From the NCBI GenBank assembly GCA_032718475.1, contig JAUCBJ010007485.1:1-64000 (forward strand): DNA of 64,000 bases. Direction: 5' to 3'. A model generated the notes under the pieces. It had not been told where the DNA came from, did no database searches, and saw only the letters and a list, made by a program, of their open reading frames with translations. Positions within the stretch are counted from its first letter, which is position 1. Every line of letters begins with the position of its first letter. Shown one piece after another: positions 42,663 through 55,275 of this stretch. Source of the stretch: Nemertoderma westbladi. Taxonomy: Eukaryota; Animalia; Xenacoelomorpha. The position numbers and the translations under genes were made by a program.

Positions 42663-42985
42663 AGGCCCGTGCCCCACTGGTCAGAATGTCAAAATGAATG
42701 CCTCATTGCTCCATAGGTAACACGAGTCTTAAGTCATTTGATAAAAAAATATAAGATGCGTCTCACATTTACTGCATATTTATAACCAAAGTAACCAATC
42801 ACAGGCATCTTGGCGGATATAACACATGATTCATATGTCAAAAGATGGAACATGGGACATAATCACTTTCGACTCATCGGTCGTAACTTACGATTTACCA
42901 GTGGAGACGCTCCCATTGAAACCAACGTGTTCCATAATTTATTCTGACTAAGACTTTATAAGACTTACCAGTGGAGCACGGGCCT
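42663..42985. mobile_element. MITE (PIF/Harbinger-like) nested in the hAT element
   Basis: TIR aggcccgtgc(c/t)ccactggt (18/19 match) with A/T-rich 3-bp flanks; the TSD is imperfect. Confidence 0.65.
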
Positions 42986-43146
42986 TAAATAATGGTTTTT
43001 CCAATTTGCTTATTACAATCTGCTTATAAAATGACGTTTTTTACATTGATCTTACAATATTTTGCATTGATTTTTACAATATTTTACATTGATTTTATAT
43101 TATTTTAATTTGAATTAATTATTTAATAATATGATAATATTATGAT

Positions 43147-43310
43147 TGGTATTGTCCAACGTAACATATAGGATGACCCCTAAAGATTGACAGCTTATTT
43201 CCATGGGGATCCTTTATGTTACTTGGTGACAAATATAATATTACACAATTACAATAAATTACTACTCTAACCTAAAACTAATATAAAACGTTATTACAAT
43301 ACGTACAGGT
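43147..43310 (-). mobile_element. CR1/L2 3' UTR fragment (same family as 9734-10211)
   Basis: The reverse complement matches ~9995-10138, including the ggatccccatggaaataagctg...tttaggggtcatcc hairpin. Confidence 0.7.
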
Positions 43311-44969
43311 CCTGCGAGTGGTCGTTAGTTCAGTCCTGCGTCGAAGGTGCTGCATAATATAGTAGTTTAATTTCTATTTACAGCAAATCCATTTCTTACC
43401 ATAAATTTATTTATTCCCAGCAATAATTAAACTGTAACATGTACTAGTGGCCTCGTTTATTGTTTTGGTTCGAATAACATGTCACTGTAACATGCTCCTT
43501 TCCCTTAAAGACACCAGGATATTGCACCAAATGACCTAATGACGCGAAACCATAAGTTTTTGTTTAACGTAGGTTTTTAGGAGTCTAAATGCTAATAACC
43601 TAACTTTTGGCCAAAGTTAACGATTTTAGAAAATTTTTTTATTGAATTCCCTGTCGTTCAATGCCGAAGTACCATCCCCCGTCCCATTACGGCCCAGGCC
43701 ATTCTACACTCCACCCACTTTAATTCCCCCCAAGGTTCTGATTCCTCTCATTATCAAACTTAGCTTTAGAAATTAACAAAATTCATTTGTTTCACAAAAA
43801 TTGTAAAGTTTCTTGGGTCATTTAGTGTATTTCACTAATTATAGAAAATTCCTGTTCCGGCCGGAATATTCCGGCATGTTGAATTTCGGTTCCGATTCCG
43901 GCCGGAATCAAAATATCGATTCCGGGACATCCCTAATTGTAATAAACATAAATATTAAACCCAAATTAATCTTCCAAACTAATTTCCTAATTATATTTTA
44001 ATTAACATAAATCCATATACGGTAAAGTAAATCCATATAAAATATTAATATTTTTAATTCAATTTAAATACAAAAAATAGAGATAGAAATACTTTCCCTC
44101 ACAAATCTATTGAAAGAAAGTCTTTATCTCACTTGTTTCCATGGCAACTAATAAAATAAAAAACAACAGTGAGATAAAGTACTACTTTCTCTCACTGTCA
44201 GAGCAAAATACTGTCAGAATAAACTTTTGAGATAAATACCAAACACTCTATACAGATTGGATTTCCAACATTGCTTTTCAAACCCGATCTAATTTGGGTA
44301 AATTAAATAGGATTTTAAGATTTGTCCAAAAATATAATTCAGAAATAAAAAGGCCACCAAATAATCGAAATTAACTCCCATCAATAGAAATAATATTATA
44401 TAACGATATTGAATTAATATAATTATTATCTGTAATATATATAATATATAATATTATCTGCAACTTCGATATATTTATCCATTATATTCTAATTAATTGT
44501 GGGTTTTCTAATCTTCTATACATCTACAATCACAAAGGTAAATTATATTACAATAAACACAGACGAAGATTATCAATATTTATGCACAAAAATAATAATA
44601 TCAATATATTATTAACTAACTAATAACCCTGAATAATTAACCATTAGCACGGGATTGTTGATCTGCACTCGTGAGGGCGGCTGATTTTTATAAACATGTA
44701 CAACATTTTCGAAAAACCAAAATACAAATTTTACAAACCAGGTCATTATTTATTAAAAGTAACCGATACCGCAGTTATCAAATACAAAATTGTGCATTTT
44801 CCAAGAAGAGTTATTTAAGTCATTTTATGAAAATACATTGTTTAAATCACAAAACACCTCATAACGTACAAACCTCGCTACTGACTGATCACCCATTGAA
44901 GACTTATGAGTTATTGGTGTAAAAAATGATTTTGTTGACGAATTAATGAGTGGTTAGGCCTATTACAAA

Positions 44970-45766
44970 AAGGGTTGTTTGATTTAAATCATTTGATTTA
45001 TATAATTGATTTAAATCATGATTGATTTTGGAATCTATAATTGGTTATTTTTTAATTATGAATTTTATCAACCATGCTTTAATGCCAGGTGGATATATTG
45101 CATTACTTTATTTACATGAAAATACAGTACCTTGTCGCATTTCCAATACCATATAGTATACACAGGCCCATTAATTAAGTTGTAGCTTGTAGTCCTATTC
45201 ATTGTGTTGTTTATTTGGTTTATATTCGAATATTTAAGAAGGTGCATTGTAGTGTTTATACGGGATCAGTAGCATTGTAGTGTTTATACGGGATCAGTAG
45301 CATTGTAGTGTTTATACGGGATCAGTAGCATTGTAGTGTTTATACGGGATCAGACTTTTCCGGATCGACCCGGGATTATCACTCTCGGGATCCCGTTTTT
45401 CGGGATTGCAATTTTGGATTAAATTCCTTAAAGTTCATAGTACCGGTATATGTGGGGGGTTTTGGGTAACACTCTGCTTTATCTTACACTTCTGAAATAA
45501 AGATAAAGTTGTATTAAAATTATTTGGAATTGATTACCATGGTTACTGGATTGTTTAATGACATAAAAATTATTTAAAATCAAAAGATTTTCGTTCTGCT
45601 AAAACTATTTTTTAGATATTCACTTAACTATATTATATAATTCGGGATACCGTTCCAAAAAAGGGATTCCGTTTAAACATTAGTGCATCGATAAAGCCAG
45701 TAGCCTTCTCAATGTTTTCATATAAAATCTGATTTAAATAAATAAGTCTGATTTTTATCAACCCTG
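44970..45766. mobile_element. Degenerate hAT-type MITE
   Basis: Ends (a)agggttg / caaccctg, subterminal gatttaaat repeats, and an 8-bp TSD attacaaa / attactaa (7/8). Contains a short tandem repeat at ~45244-45353. Confidence 0.6.
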
Positions 45767-46628
45767 ATTACTAATCATGGCCACTCACTGTTCAGGGGTG
45801 TCAGTTGCAAATGGTAAAAACAGAGTAATACAATTTATATCCAACGGTAGGTCCTACGGTCCTACGTATGAAGAATTTATTATACTGATCACCATGGCAA
45901 AACGAATATAAACAAATTCAATTGTCGAAAATTACAGGATAAAACAAAACTTCGGAAATGTGCCCCGGTTACCTTAGCAACAATCAATTTAAAAATACTT
46001 ATTAATTAGTATTGTATTAGTAATTATCGCCATGGCATGTAAGTTCTACGTTATAGGTACAGTACAGCACTATACATAAAGGTTTAGATTACACAACCCC
46101 CGCGGTAGATTGTATAACCTACCCAAAACAATAAACATAAGTAAGTTAACGCGTGGTATAAGATTATGTAGGTTAGTAAAGGGTTAAAAATCATGTTAAA
46201 TACTAATGGTTGATGGCTTTGAATTGAGGGTCCTTTATAAAGGATTTATAAAAAAGCATTTATTATTCTAACCAAAACAATAAACGAAATTCAACATAAC
46301 AATTATATTTTTTCAGAACGTATTTATTTCTGGTGATAAAAACATAAAATTTTAGTGATAATTCATATATTTTAATGGGGGAATAATATATATATTTCAT
46401 TGAAAACTCGAATCTTTTCGTGCCCAATAAAGTGGATATTAATTAACGGCAGAACATAGAGAGTCGGACTCATTAAAAAAAGTTTTTACTCTACCGGTAC
46501 CGGTTTAGAAAACAAGCAAGAACTTTTTTAAAGTTAGATCTTATAGATAAGATCTTATAAGATCTTATAATTTTCCGTTTCAGTTTTCATTAGCAATTCC
46601 AAAACATTGGAAATTGCGAAGATTGAAG

Positions 46629-47618
46629 GTGGGGCGAGCCACAAACGTAAGCGAGATTAGCATACAGGTACCACTAACGCAATCGGTGTGTCTGTCGTTC
46701 TGTCCTGGTACACATGTAGTCTGGCAAAAGTTTAGAAATTTTCCAAGTTGAAATTGCATGTGGCCTTCGAGAAGCTAAGATAATAGCAGTTAATTAAGTT
46801 GATTATCATTTTCAACATGACTTTTAATGGAAATTAATTATTTTATAGTATAAGATATAATTAATTATACTTTAAAATTTTACAGCTGTAATCCCCATAC
46901 CCCATTCCATTATAGTTTTTCATTAGTTCAAGAGATTTGCTTTAAGAAATGTGTTTTTAATTATCTAAACGTAATTAAGTTTTAAAAAATGCCCTCGTCA
47001 CTCTATACCTCCCTCATTCCTTGGCATACTTGCTATTATTGCCTATTAGTTGGGAACCAGTCCAATCATATCACCACTTCTTGGCAACGGGTAATTACAT
47101 CTGTAGGGGGGCATACGCAGGTACTACTAGTGTAAGGTGCCAGCCTAAAAACCAGCTTGTTTTATCTCGCAAAATGATTGCCTGGTAGTATTTAATCGTG
47201 ATTCCTTAGAATAATTTTATAAATAATTTATTGGAGGTTTTGACATGATAAATTAATATTTAAGTATCAATACTATCGGCATAAGGTAAGTTTTAATAAT
47301 TTTTACAAATTGAGGTTCCTCAACACCTAAAAATAAAATATATTACTTAAGTACCTTTAAAACCCAAATTTCCTGTTAATACAGTACCTCTGCCTATCAA
47401 TCATTAATCCTCTGTGCTCCTTTGGGTTGTTTGGGTGGTGCAGATTAAAAGGGCGGTTGAAGGGAGAAGGGAACTTTCCTCTCTTCTTTGATTTATTCTT
47501 ATTGGCGATTTGGTTAATTTTCTTATTTATTTATTTAAATTTCTTAAATACCGATTGATTTTGGGATAGAATTGCTCAATAAATGAGCCTTGTGCTGCGC
47601 GAAGGCCCCACGAACGTG
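46629..47618 (+). mobile_element. HINE-like element, copy 3
   Basis: gtggggcgagccacaaacgtaagcgag ... gcgcgaaggccccacgaacgtg; internal blocks are shared with copies 1 and 2. Confidence 0.65.
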
Positions 47619-47974
47619 TAATGAGGATATGAGGATATAAGATTATAAGATATAAGGTCAAGAGGTTGTAGAGAATACTTTATTCCAAGATATTTCGATT
47701 AATTATGTAAATGTTTGTGGAAATTTAATGGATGGTGGATAAAATTTGGAGGAGAATATAAATAGATGCACAATCACATCACGATCTAGAATCTAGGGTA
47801 AACGAAAAATATATAAAAAAAATTTAAAGTAATTAAAAAATCAGCAGAAGAAAATAAGTTCCCAATACGGAAGAATATATAAAATTAATAATAAAGGCTA
47901 TACCAGAGCACTACAAACACAACCCTTCTAGTGCAATGGTAAATACGCACCATTAAACTATAAATAGCCCCATA

Positions 47975-50900
47975 CCAGCCGATATCCGCTACCTACAGGC
48001 CAATATTCCAGCTGATATCAGATAACTACAGGCCAATATTCCAGCTGATATCAGATAACTACAGGCCAATATTCCAGCTGATATCAGATAACTACAGGCC
48101 AATATTCCAGCTGATATCCGCTAACTACAGGCCAATATTCCAGCTGATATCCGCTATCTCCAGGCCAATATTCCAGCTGATATCCGCTAACTCCAGGCCA
48201 ATATTCCATCTGATATCCGATAACTCCAGGCCAATATTCCAGCTGATATCCGCTAACTCCAGGCCAATATTCCAGCTGATATCAGATAACTCCAGGCCAA
48301 TATTCTAGCTGATATCAGATAACTACAGGCCAATATTCCAGCTGATATCCGCTAACTCCAGGCCAATATTCCAGCTGATATCAAATAACTAAAGGCCAAT
48401 ATTCTAGCTGATATCCGCTAACTACAGGCCAATATTCCAGTTTATATCCGTTAACTCCAGGCCAATATTCCAGCTGATATCCGCTAACTCCATGCCAATA
48501 TTCCAGCTGATATCCGCTAACTCCAGGCCAATATTCTAGCTGATATCAGATAACTACAGGCCAATATTCCAGCTGATATCCGCTAACTCCAGGCCAATAT
48601 TCTAGCTGATATCAGATAACTACAGGCCAATATTCCAGCTGATAACCGCTAACTCCATGCCAATATTGCAGCTGATATCCGCTAACTCCAGGCCAATATT
48701 CTAGCTGATATCAGATAACTACAGGCCAATATTCCAGCTGATATCAGATAACTAAAGGCCAATATTCTAGCTGATATCGGCTAACTACAGGCCAATATTC
48801 CAGCTGATATCCGCTAACTCCAGGCCAATATTCTAGCTGATATCAGATAACTACAGGCCAATATTCCAGCTGATATTCGCTAACTCCATGCCAATATACC
48901 AGCTGATATCCGCTAACTCCAGGCCAATATTCTAGCTGATATCAGATAAGTACAGGCCAATATTCCAGCTGATATCAGATAACTAAAGGCCAATATTCTA
49001 GCTGATATCCGCTAACTACAGGCCAATATTCCAGCTGATATCCGCTAACTCCAGGCCAATATTCCAGCTGATATCAGATAACTAAAGGCCAATATTCCAG
49101 CTGATATCCGCTAACTCCATGCCAATATTCCAGCTGATATCCGCTAACTCCAGACCAATATTATAGCTGATATCAGATAACTACAGGCCAATATTCCAGC
49201 TGATATCCGCTAACTCCAGGCCAATATTCTAGCTGATATCAGATAACTACAGGCCAATATTCCAGCTGATAACCGCTAACTCCATGCCAATATTGCAGCT
49301 GATATCCGCTAACTCCATGCCAATATTCCAGCTGATATCCGCTAACTCCAGGCCAATATTCTAGCTGATATCAGATAACTACAGGCCAATATTCCAGCTG
49401 ATATCCGCTAACGCCAGGCCAATATTCCATCTGATATCCGCTAACTAAAGGCCAATATTCTAGCTGATATCAGATAACTACAGGCCAATATTGCAGCTGA
49501 TATCCGCTAACTCCAGGCCAATATTCTAGCTGATATCAGATAACTACAGGCCAATATTCCAGCTGATATCAGATAACTAAAGGCCAATATTCTAGCTGAT
49601 ATCCGCTATTCCAGCTGATATCCGCTAACTCCAGGCCAATATTCCAGCTGATATCCGCTAACTCCAGGCCAATATTCTAGCTGATATCAGATAACTACAG
49701 GCCAATATTCCAGCTGATATCCGCTAACTCCATGCCAATATACCAGCTGATATCCGCTAACTCCAGGCCAATATTCTAGCTGATATCAGATAACTACAGG
49801 CCAATATTCCAGCTGATATCATCAGATAACTAAAGGCCAATATTCTAGCTGATATCCGCTAACTACAGGCCAATATTCCAGCTGATATCCGCTAAGTCCA
49901 GGCCAATATTCCAGCTGATATCAGATAACTAAAGGCCAATATTATAGCTGATGTCCGCTAACTACAGGCCAATATTCCAGCTGATATCCGCTAACTCCAG
50001 GCCCAATATTCCAGCTGATATCCGCTAACTCCATGCCAATATTCCAGCTGATATCCGCTAACTCCAGGCCAATATTCTAGCTGATATCAGATAACTACAG
50101 GCCAATATTCCAGCTGATATCAGATAACTAAAGGCCAATATTCTAGATGATATCCGCTAACTACAGGCCAATATTCCAGCTGATATCCGCTAACTCCAGG
50201 CCAATATTCGGGCTGATATCAGATAACTAAAGGCCAATATTCTAGCTGATATCCGCTAACTACAGGCCAATATTCCAGCTGATATCCGCTAACTACAGGC
50301 CAATATTCCAGCTGATATCAGATAACTAAAGACCAATATTCTAGCTGATAACCGTTAACTACAGGCCAATATTCCAGTTTATATCCGCTAACTCCAGGCC
50401 AATATTCCAGCTGATATCCGCTAACTACAGGCCAATATTCCAGCTGATATTCGCTAACTACAGGCAAATATTCCAGGTGATATCCGCTAACTAAAGGCCA
50501 ATATTCTAGCTGATATCAGATAACTACAGGCCAATATTCCAGCTGATATCATCAGATAACTAAAGGCCAATATTCTAGCTGATATCCGCTAACTACAGGC
50601 CAATATTCCAGCTGATATCCGCTAAGTCCAGGCCAATATTCCAGCTGATATCAGATAACTAAAGGCCAATATTATAGCTGATGTCCGCTAACTACAGGCC
50701 AATATTCCAGCTGATATCCGCTAACTCCAGGCCAATATTCCAGCTGATATCCGCTAACTCCATGCCAATATTCCAGCTGATATCCGCTAACTCCAGGCCA
50801 ATATTCTAGCTGATATCAGATAACTACAGGCCAATATTCCAGCTGATATCAGATAACTAAAGGCCAATATTCTAGATGATATCCGCTAACTACAGGCCAA

Positions 50901-52300
50901 TATTCCAGCTGATATCCGCTAACTCCAGGCCAATATTCGGGCTGATATCAGATAACTAAAGGCCAATATTCTAGCTGATATCCGCTAACTACAGGCCAAT
51001 ATTCCAGCTGATATCCGCTAACGCCAGGCCAATATTCCATCTGATATCCGCTAACTAAAGGCCAATATTCTAGCTGATATCCGCTACCTACAGGCCAATA
51101 TTCTAGCTGATATCCACTAACTCCATGCCAATATTCCAGCTGATATTCGCTAACTCCAGGCCAATATTCTAGCTGATATCAGATAACTACAGGCCAATAT
51201 TCCAGCTGATATCCGCTAACTAAAGGCCAATATTCCAGCTGATATCCGCTAACTACAGGCCAATATTCCAGATGATATCCGTTAACTGCAGGCCAATATT
51301 CCATCTGATATCCGCTAACTAAAGGCCAATATTCTAGCTGATATCAGATAAGTACAGGCCAATATTCCAGGTGATATCCGCTAACTCCAGGCCAATATTC
51401 CATCTGATATCCGCTAACTAAAGGCTAATATTCTAGCTGATATCCGTTAACTACAGGCCAATATTCTAGCTGATATCCGCTAACTAAAGGCCAATATTCC
51501 AGCTGATATCCGATAACTCCAGGCCAATATTCCAGCTGATATCCGATAACTCCAGGCCAATATTCCAGCTGATATCCGTTAACTACAGGCCAATATTCCA
51601 GCTGATATCCGCTAACTCCAGGCCAATATTCCAGCTGATATCTGCTAACTAAAGGCAAATATTCTAGCTGATATCAGATAACTCCAGGCCAATATTCCAG
51701 CTGATATCCGCTAACTCTAGGCCAATATTCCATCTGATATCCGCTAACTAAAGGCCAATATTCTAGCTGATATCCGCTAACTCCATGCCAATATTCTAGC
51801 TGATATCCGCTAACTCCAGGCCAATATTCCAGCTGATATCCGCTGACTACAGGCCAATATTCCAGCTGATATCCGCTAACTCCAGGCCAATATTCCAGCT
51901 GATATCCGCTAACTAAAGGCCAATATTCTAGCTGATATCCGTTAACTACAGGCCAATATTCCAGTTTATATCCGCTAACTCCAGGCCAATATTCCAGCTG
52001 ATATCCGCTAACTACAGGCCAATATTCCAGCTCATATCCGCTAACTCCAGGCCAATATTCTAGCTGATATCAGATAACTACAGGCCAATATTCCAGCTGA
52101 TATCCGCTAACTAAAGGCCAATATTCCAGCTGATATCCGCTAACTACAGGCCAATATTCCAGCTGATATCCGTTAACTGCAGGCCAATATTCCAGCTGAT
52201 ATCAGCTAACTACCGACCAATATTCCAGCAAATATCAAGAAAACTACAGGCCAATATTCCAGCTGATATCAGATAACTAAAGGCCAATATTCCAGCTGAT
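47975..52300. repeat. 33-bp satellite (ggccaatattccagctgatatccgctaactcca), ~130 copies
   Basis: Direct reading; it ends 17 bp from the stop codon of the TGOLN2-like gene. Confidence 0.98.
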
Positions 52301-52317
52301 CCTGATATATACTCTCA

Positions 52318-53550
52318 TCAACTACGTCCGTTTGATAAAGAAGGCATTACGTCTGACATACTCTCACCGCCAGACATCCGTTTATAAGAAACTCCGCCAT
52401 CTCGTTTCCTCGAGTTATTGTGTCTCCTCCGACCCTCCACAATGAAGGCCAATATCTTGGTTTTATTGTGGTAGAGGATATATAAAGACACGCAACATAG
52501 GAGACCCACAACCATGTAGGTCATAAATGAGCTGCTGCTATCGGTGTCTGGGACATCTACGGCATTAAAGAACCCATCGCCACGAGCTACGGGGATCCGC
52601 GAGTCAATACCAGTGTCTTCGTCTAGATCAATATCCTCGGCATGTTCAGATTCCGGTTCTTTTTCAGTTTCTGGTTCTTTAGCAGTTTCCGGTTCTTTAG
52701 CAGTTTCCAGTTCTTTATCAGTTTCCGATTCTTTGTCAGTTTCAGGTTCTTTATCAGTTTCCGGTTCTTTGTCAGTTTCCGGTTCTTTATCAGTTTCCAA
52801 ATCTTTGTCAGTTTCCGTTACTTTTTCATTTTCTTTAACAGTTTCGGATTCTGGCTCATTGTCAGTTTCCACTTCCGGTTCTTTATCAGTTTCCGTTTCT
52901 TTGTTAGTTTCCGGTTCCTTGTTAATTTCTGGTTCCGACTTGTTTTCAGCTTCAGGTTCTTTGTCAGGTTCCGGTTCTTTGTCAATGTCCGGTTCTTTGC
53001 CAGTTTCCGGTTCTTTGTCAGTCTCCGGTTCTTTGTCAGTTTCCAGTTCTCTGTCAGTTTCCGGTTCTTTGTCAGTTTCCGGTTCTTTGTCAGTTTCCGG
53101 TTCTTTGTCAGTTTCTGGTTCTTTGTCAGTTTCCGGTTCTTTGTCAGTTTCCGGTTCTTTGTCAGTTTCCGGTTCTTTGTCAGTTTCCGGTTCTTTGTCA
53201 GTTTCCGGTTCCTTGTCAGTTTCCGGTTCTTTGTCAGTTTCCGGTTCTTTGTCAGTTTCCGGTTCTTTGTCTTTTACAGAAGCTTTCTCCTCTAATTCAC
53301 TTTCAATAGTTTCTATTTCATTTTCTTCTGATTCCTTAGGCCTAACTGTACCACCTGGTTTGCGGTATGTTTCTTTAAACGTACTGGTAGGTTTATTTCC
53401 AGAATCGATATGACCTTCCGTTGCTATGTAACTTGTAGCGCTTTGCAGTTCCTGAGATGAGTTTGTGGTGCTTACATCAGGCCCAAACGTTGATATGGGC
53501 AATGATTGACACCCAACAGCCGTTAAGGACAGCAAATAAATTAACAACAT
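52318..53550 (-). CDS. TGOLN2: Trans-Golgi network integral membrane protein (TGN38/TGN46 / KCT2 family), single coding exon, 410 aa
   Basis: Signal peptide, acidic (ETDKEP)n luminal repeats, and a TM followed by LYILYHNKTKILAFIVEGRR, resembling the TGN38 HNKRKIIAFVLEGKR motif. The tail carries SYKRM (YxxPhi, cf. SDYQRL) and MPSL as in KCT2. Confidence 0.85.
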   Translation of the reverse strand: MLLIYLLSLTAVGCQSLPISTFGPDVSTTNSSQELQSATSYIATEGHIDSGNKPTSTFKETYRKPGGTVRPKESEENEIETIESELEEKASVKDKEPETDKEPETDKEPETDKEPETDKEPETDKEPETDKEPETDKEPETDKEPETDKEPETDKEPETDKEPETDRELETDKEPETDKEPETGKEPDIDKEPEPDKEPEAENKSEPEINKEPETNKETETDKEPEVETDNEPESETVKENEKVTETDKDLETDKEPETDKEPETDKEPETDKESETDKELETAKEPETAKEPETEKEPESEHAEDIDLDEDTGIDSRIPVARGDGFFNAVDVPDTDSSSSFMTYMVVGLLCCVSLYILYHNKTKILAFIVEGRRRHNNSRKRDGGVSYKRMSGGESMSDVMPSLSNGRS

Positions 53551-53777
53551 ATTTTCTTACACGGAGAGCTTCGTAATTAGTTACATTTAATATGCCAGTA
53601 GGCCTACTTAATTTATCGGCCTATCAGCAATATGAATTCAATATATAAGGGATACAAATAATAACTTTATAGGAGAGGACGTTGTAGAGGACTAGGACTA
53701 GAGGTCTAATTAAATTTGCCTAATGGCTAGAACTGAGAACTGCCTAGCCAGATTGAAGACACACTCAGACGCTGCCC

Positions 53778-53793
53778 TGCACCATCTGGTGGA
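53778..53793 (-). promoter_or_regulatory. CTCF-like motif upstream of the TGOLN2-like start
   Basis: The minus strand reads tccaccagatggtgca, close to the CCACCAGATGGCGC consensus. Motif match only. Confidence 0.3.
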
Positions 53794-53869
53794 TTGTGAA
53801 AACCAAATTTTTGACGGAATCCCAGACTGTAGGCCTAGCGGTAGGCCTATATAATTGTATTGATCAGCT

Positions 53870-54525
53870 CAGCTCTCGGGGCAAATACCACAATCTAGTT
53901 TGCCATTCCACAGGGTACGGTAGGTGTTGCAGTCAATGAAGTGGAGGCCGATATGAGGCTCATCACCAAAACCTACTCTGACGCACATGACCCACCATTG
54001 GCTGTGCGTGCAGCTCATCTGCTCGGCCATGCCCTGTACCCCTAGTGCCAGGTGCAGGTCGCAGTGAAGTACACTCAAGAGTGGACATGAGAACACTCTA
54101 CTCTTGCCTGACAGCCTGACCAGCCATTCACCATCCGTCTGGCCAGGCCATAGGGCCTACACCTGTACACAGATACAGCCATATACCCTGCCAGCCTGCA
54201 GCCAAGAATATGGGTCCTTAATCCAGGACCAAGGGCGTCCTTATCCCCCAGAACGAAGGGGGTCATTAGTTAGGGCTACTCGCCTACAGGCAGACAGGAC
54301 CCAGGGACCAGATTTGCCCTAGTAAGAGGGTCTATGCAGCCACAGGTGGCACCTCCTTTACACTTTATGCCGCATTACTGCATTAAGGTGGCAAGTTTTC
54401 TTGATCAATGACCTGAGTGCATTGCATGGAATACCGGTACCTGACTGCCTGACCTGACCCTAACAGCCTAAAGCCGACACTGCATTAAAAATGGAGCTAC
54501 ACTGCAATGCAGCATGCCGATCCTA
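53870..54525 (+). mobile_element. Non-coding, GC-richer element ending in the RTE LINE 3' terminus (candidate SINE / non-autonomous RTE)
   Basis: 54471-54525 matches LINE 22105-22157, including an exact ctgcaatgcagcatgccgatccta. The 5' boundary is approximate. Confidence 0.6.
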
Positions 54526-55275
54526 CCAGCCTACTGCTGTACTGCTGTACTGTAGTATTTGGGAGTATACAGGACAGGCTGACAGGCAGACAGGTATAGA
54601 TTGGGTGTTGAACTCATGACATACGATGCGAAGTGGGCATCGCGACGCGACGCAGTAGGTAGGTAGTATGGTTGATTTTTGCAAATTATGAAACTCAAAC
54701 ATGCGAAATACCGGTCAGCCGGTACTGCTGCACTGTACTGAAATAGTACTGCTGCACTGTACTGAAATAGGCCTAATAAGCTAATCGAAATTAAAAATAA
54801 ACAGCTAAATAATACCGGTAACCTCATACAGCTGTACAGTCATCGGCAATCGGCTCCGGTAACCGGTATTACTGTATTAATTAACCGCAAAATTTTTTAT
54901 TGTCCATTTAAATCACTTCAAAATTCATCTTTTTATCTTTACAGCTTTGTGTCCTCCGGAAATTTACCGTTAGGTTCCATGCTACCGGTTTCTCTACTGC
55001 TGTTCTCTCAGGCTATCAGTACAGTACCGCAACCGGTATTAGTATATAGAGCACTATTTTGCAGTATCAGAGTATTGCTGTATTTATACTGCTTTATACC
55101 TACATCTGTACGATGTAGGTATAAAGCAGGTATTTTAGGTATTTTAGTACTGGTAACTGGCACCGGTACTGCTGTAGGCCTACTGCCTACTTTCAGACTG
55201 TGTAGCCTACCATTTAAATACGGTAATGATAGGCCTACCATTTAATACGGTAATGGTAGGCCTACCGGCTGACCG

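Larger units (their letters stand above)
42336..43935. mobile_element. Non-autonomous hAT DNA transposon
   Basis: TIR (a/t)agggatgtcccggaat, which is Ac-like. Exact 8-bp TSD attgtaat (42328-42335, 43936-43943). Subterminal ccggaat/ccggccgg repeats at both ends. Confidence 0.9.

Noticed and set aside
52544-53413. Plus-strand Ser-rich and Phe-rich ORFs
   Set aside because: They are antisense shadows of the ETDKEP coding repeat.
53910-54060. HDV-like ribozyme at the 5' end of the candidate SINE
   Set aside because: A P1-like stem exists, but I could not place the L3 (UYCNCGY), P1.1 GG or J4/2 catalytic C. It is kept only as a structured region.
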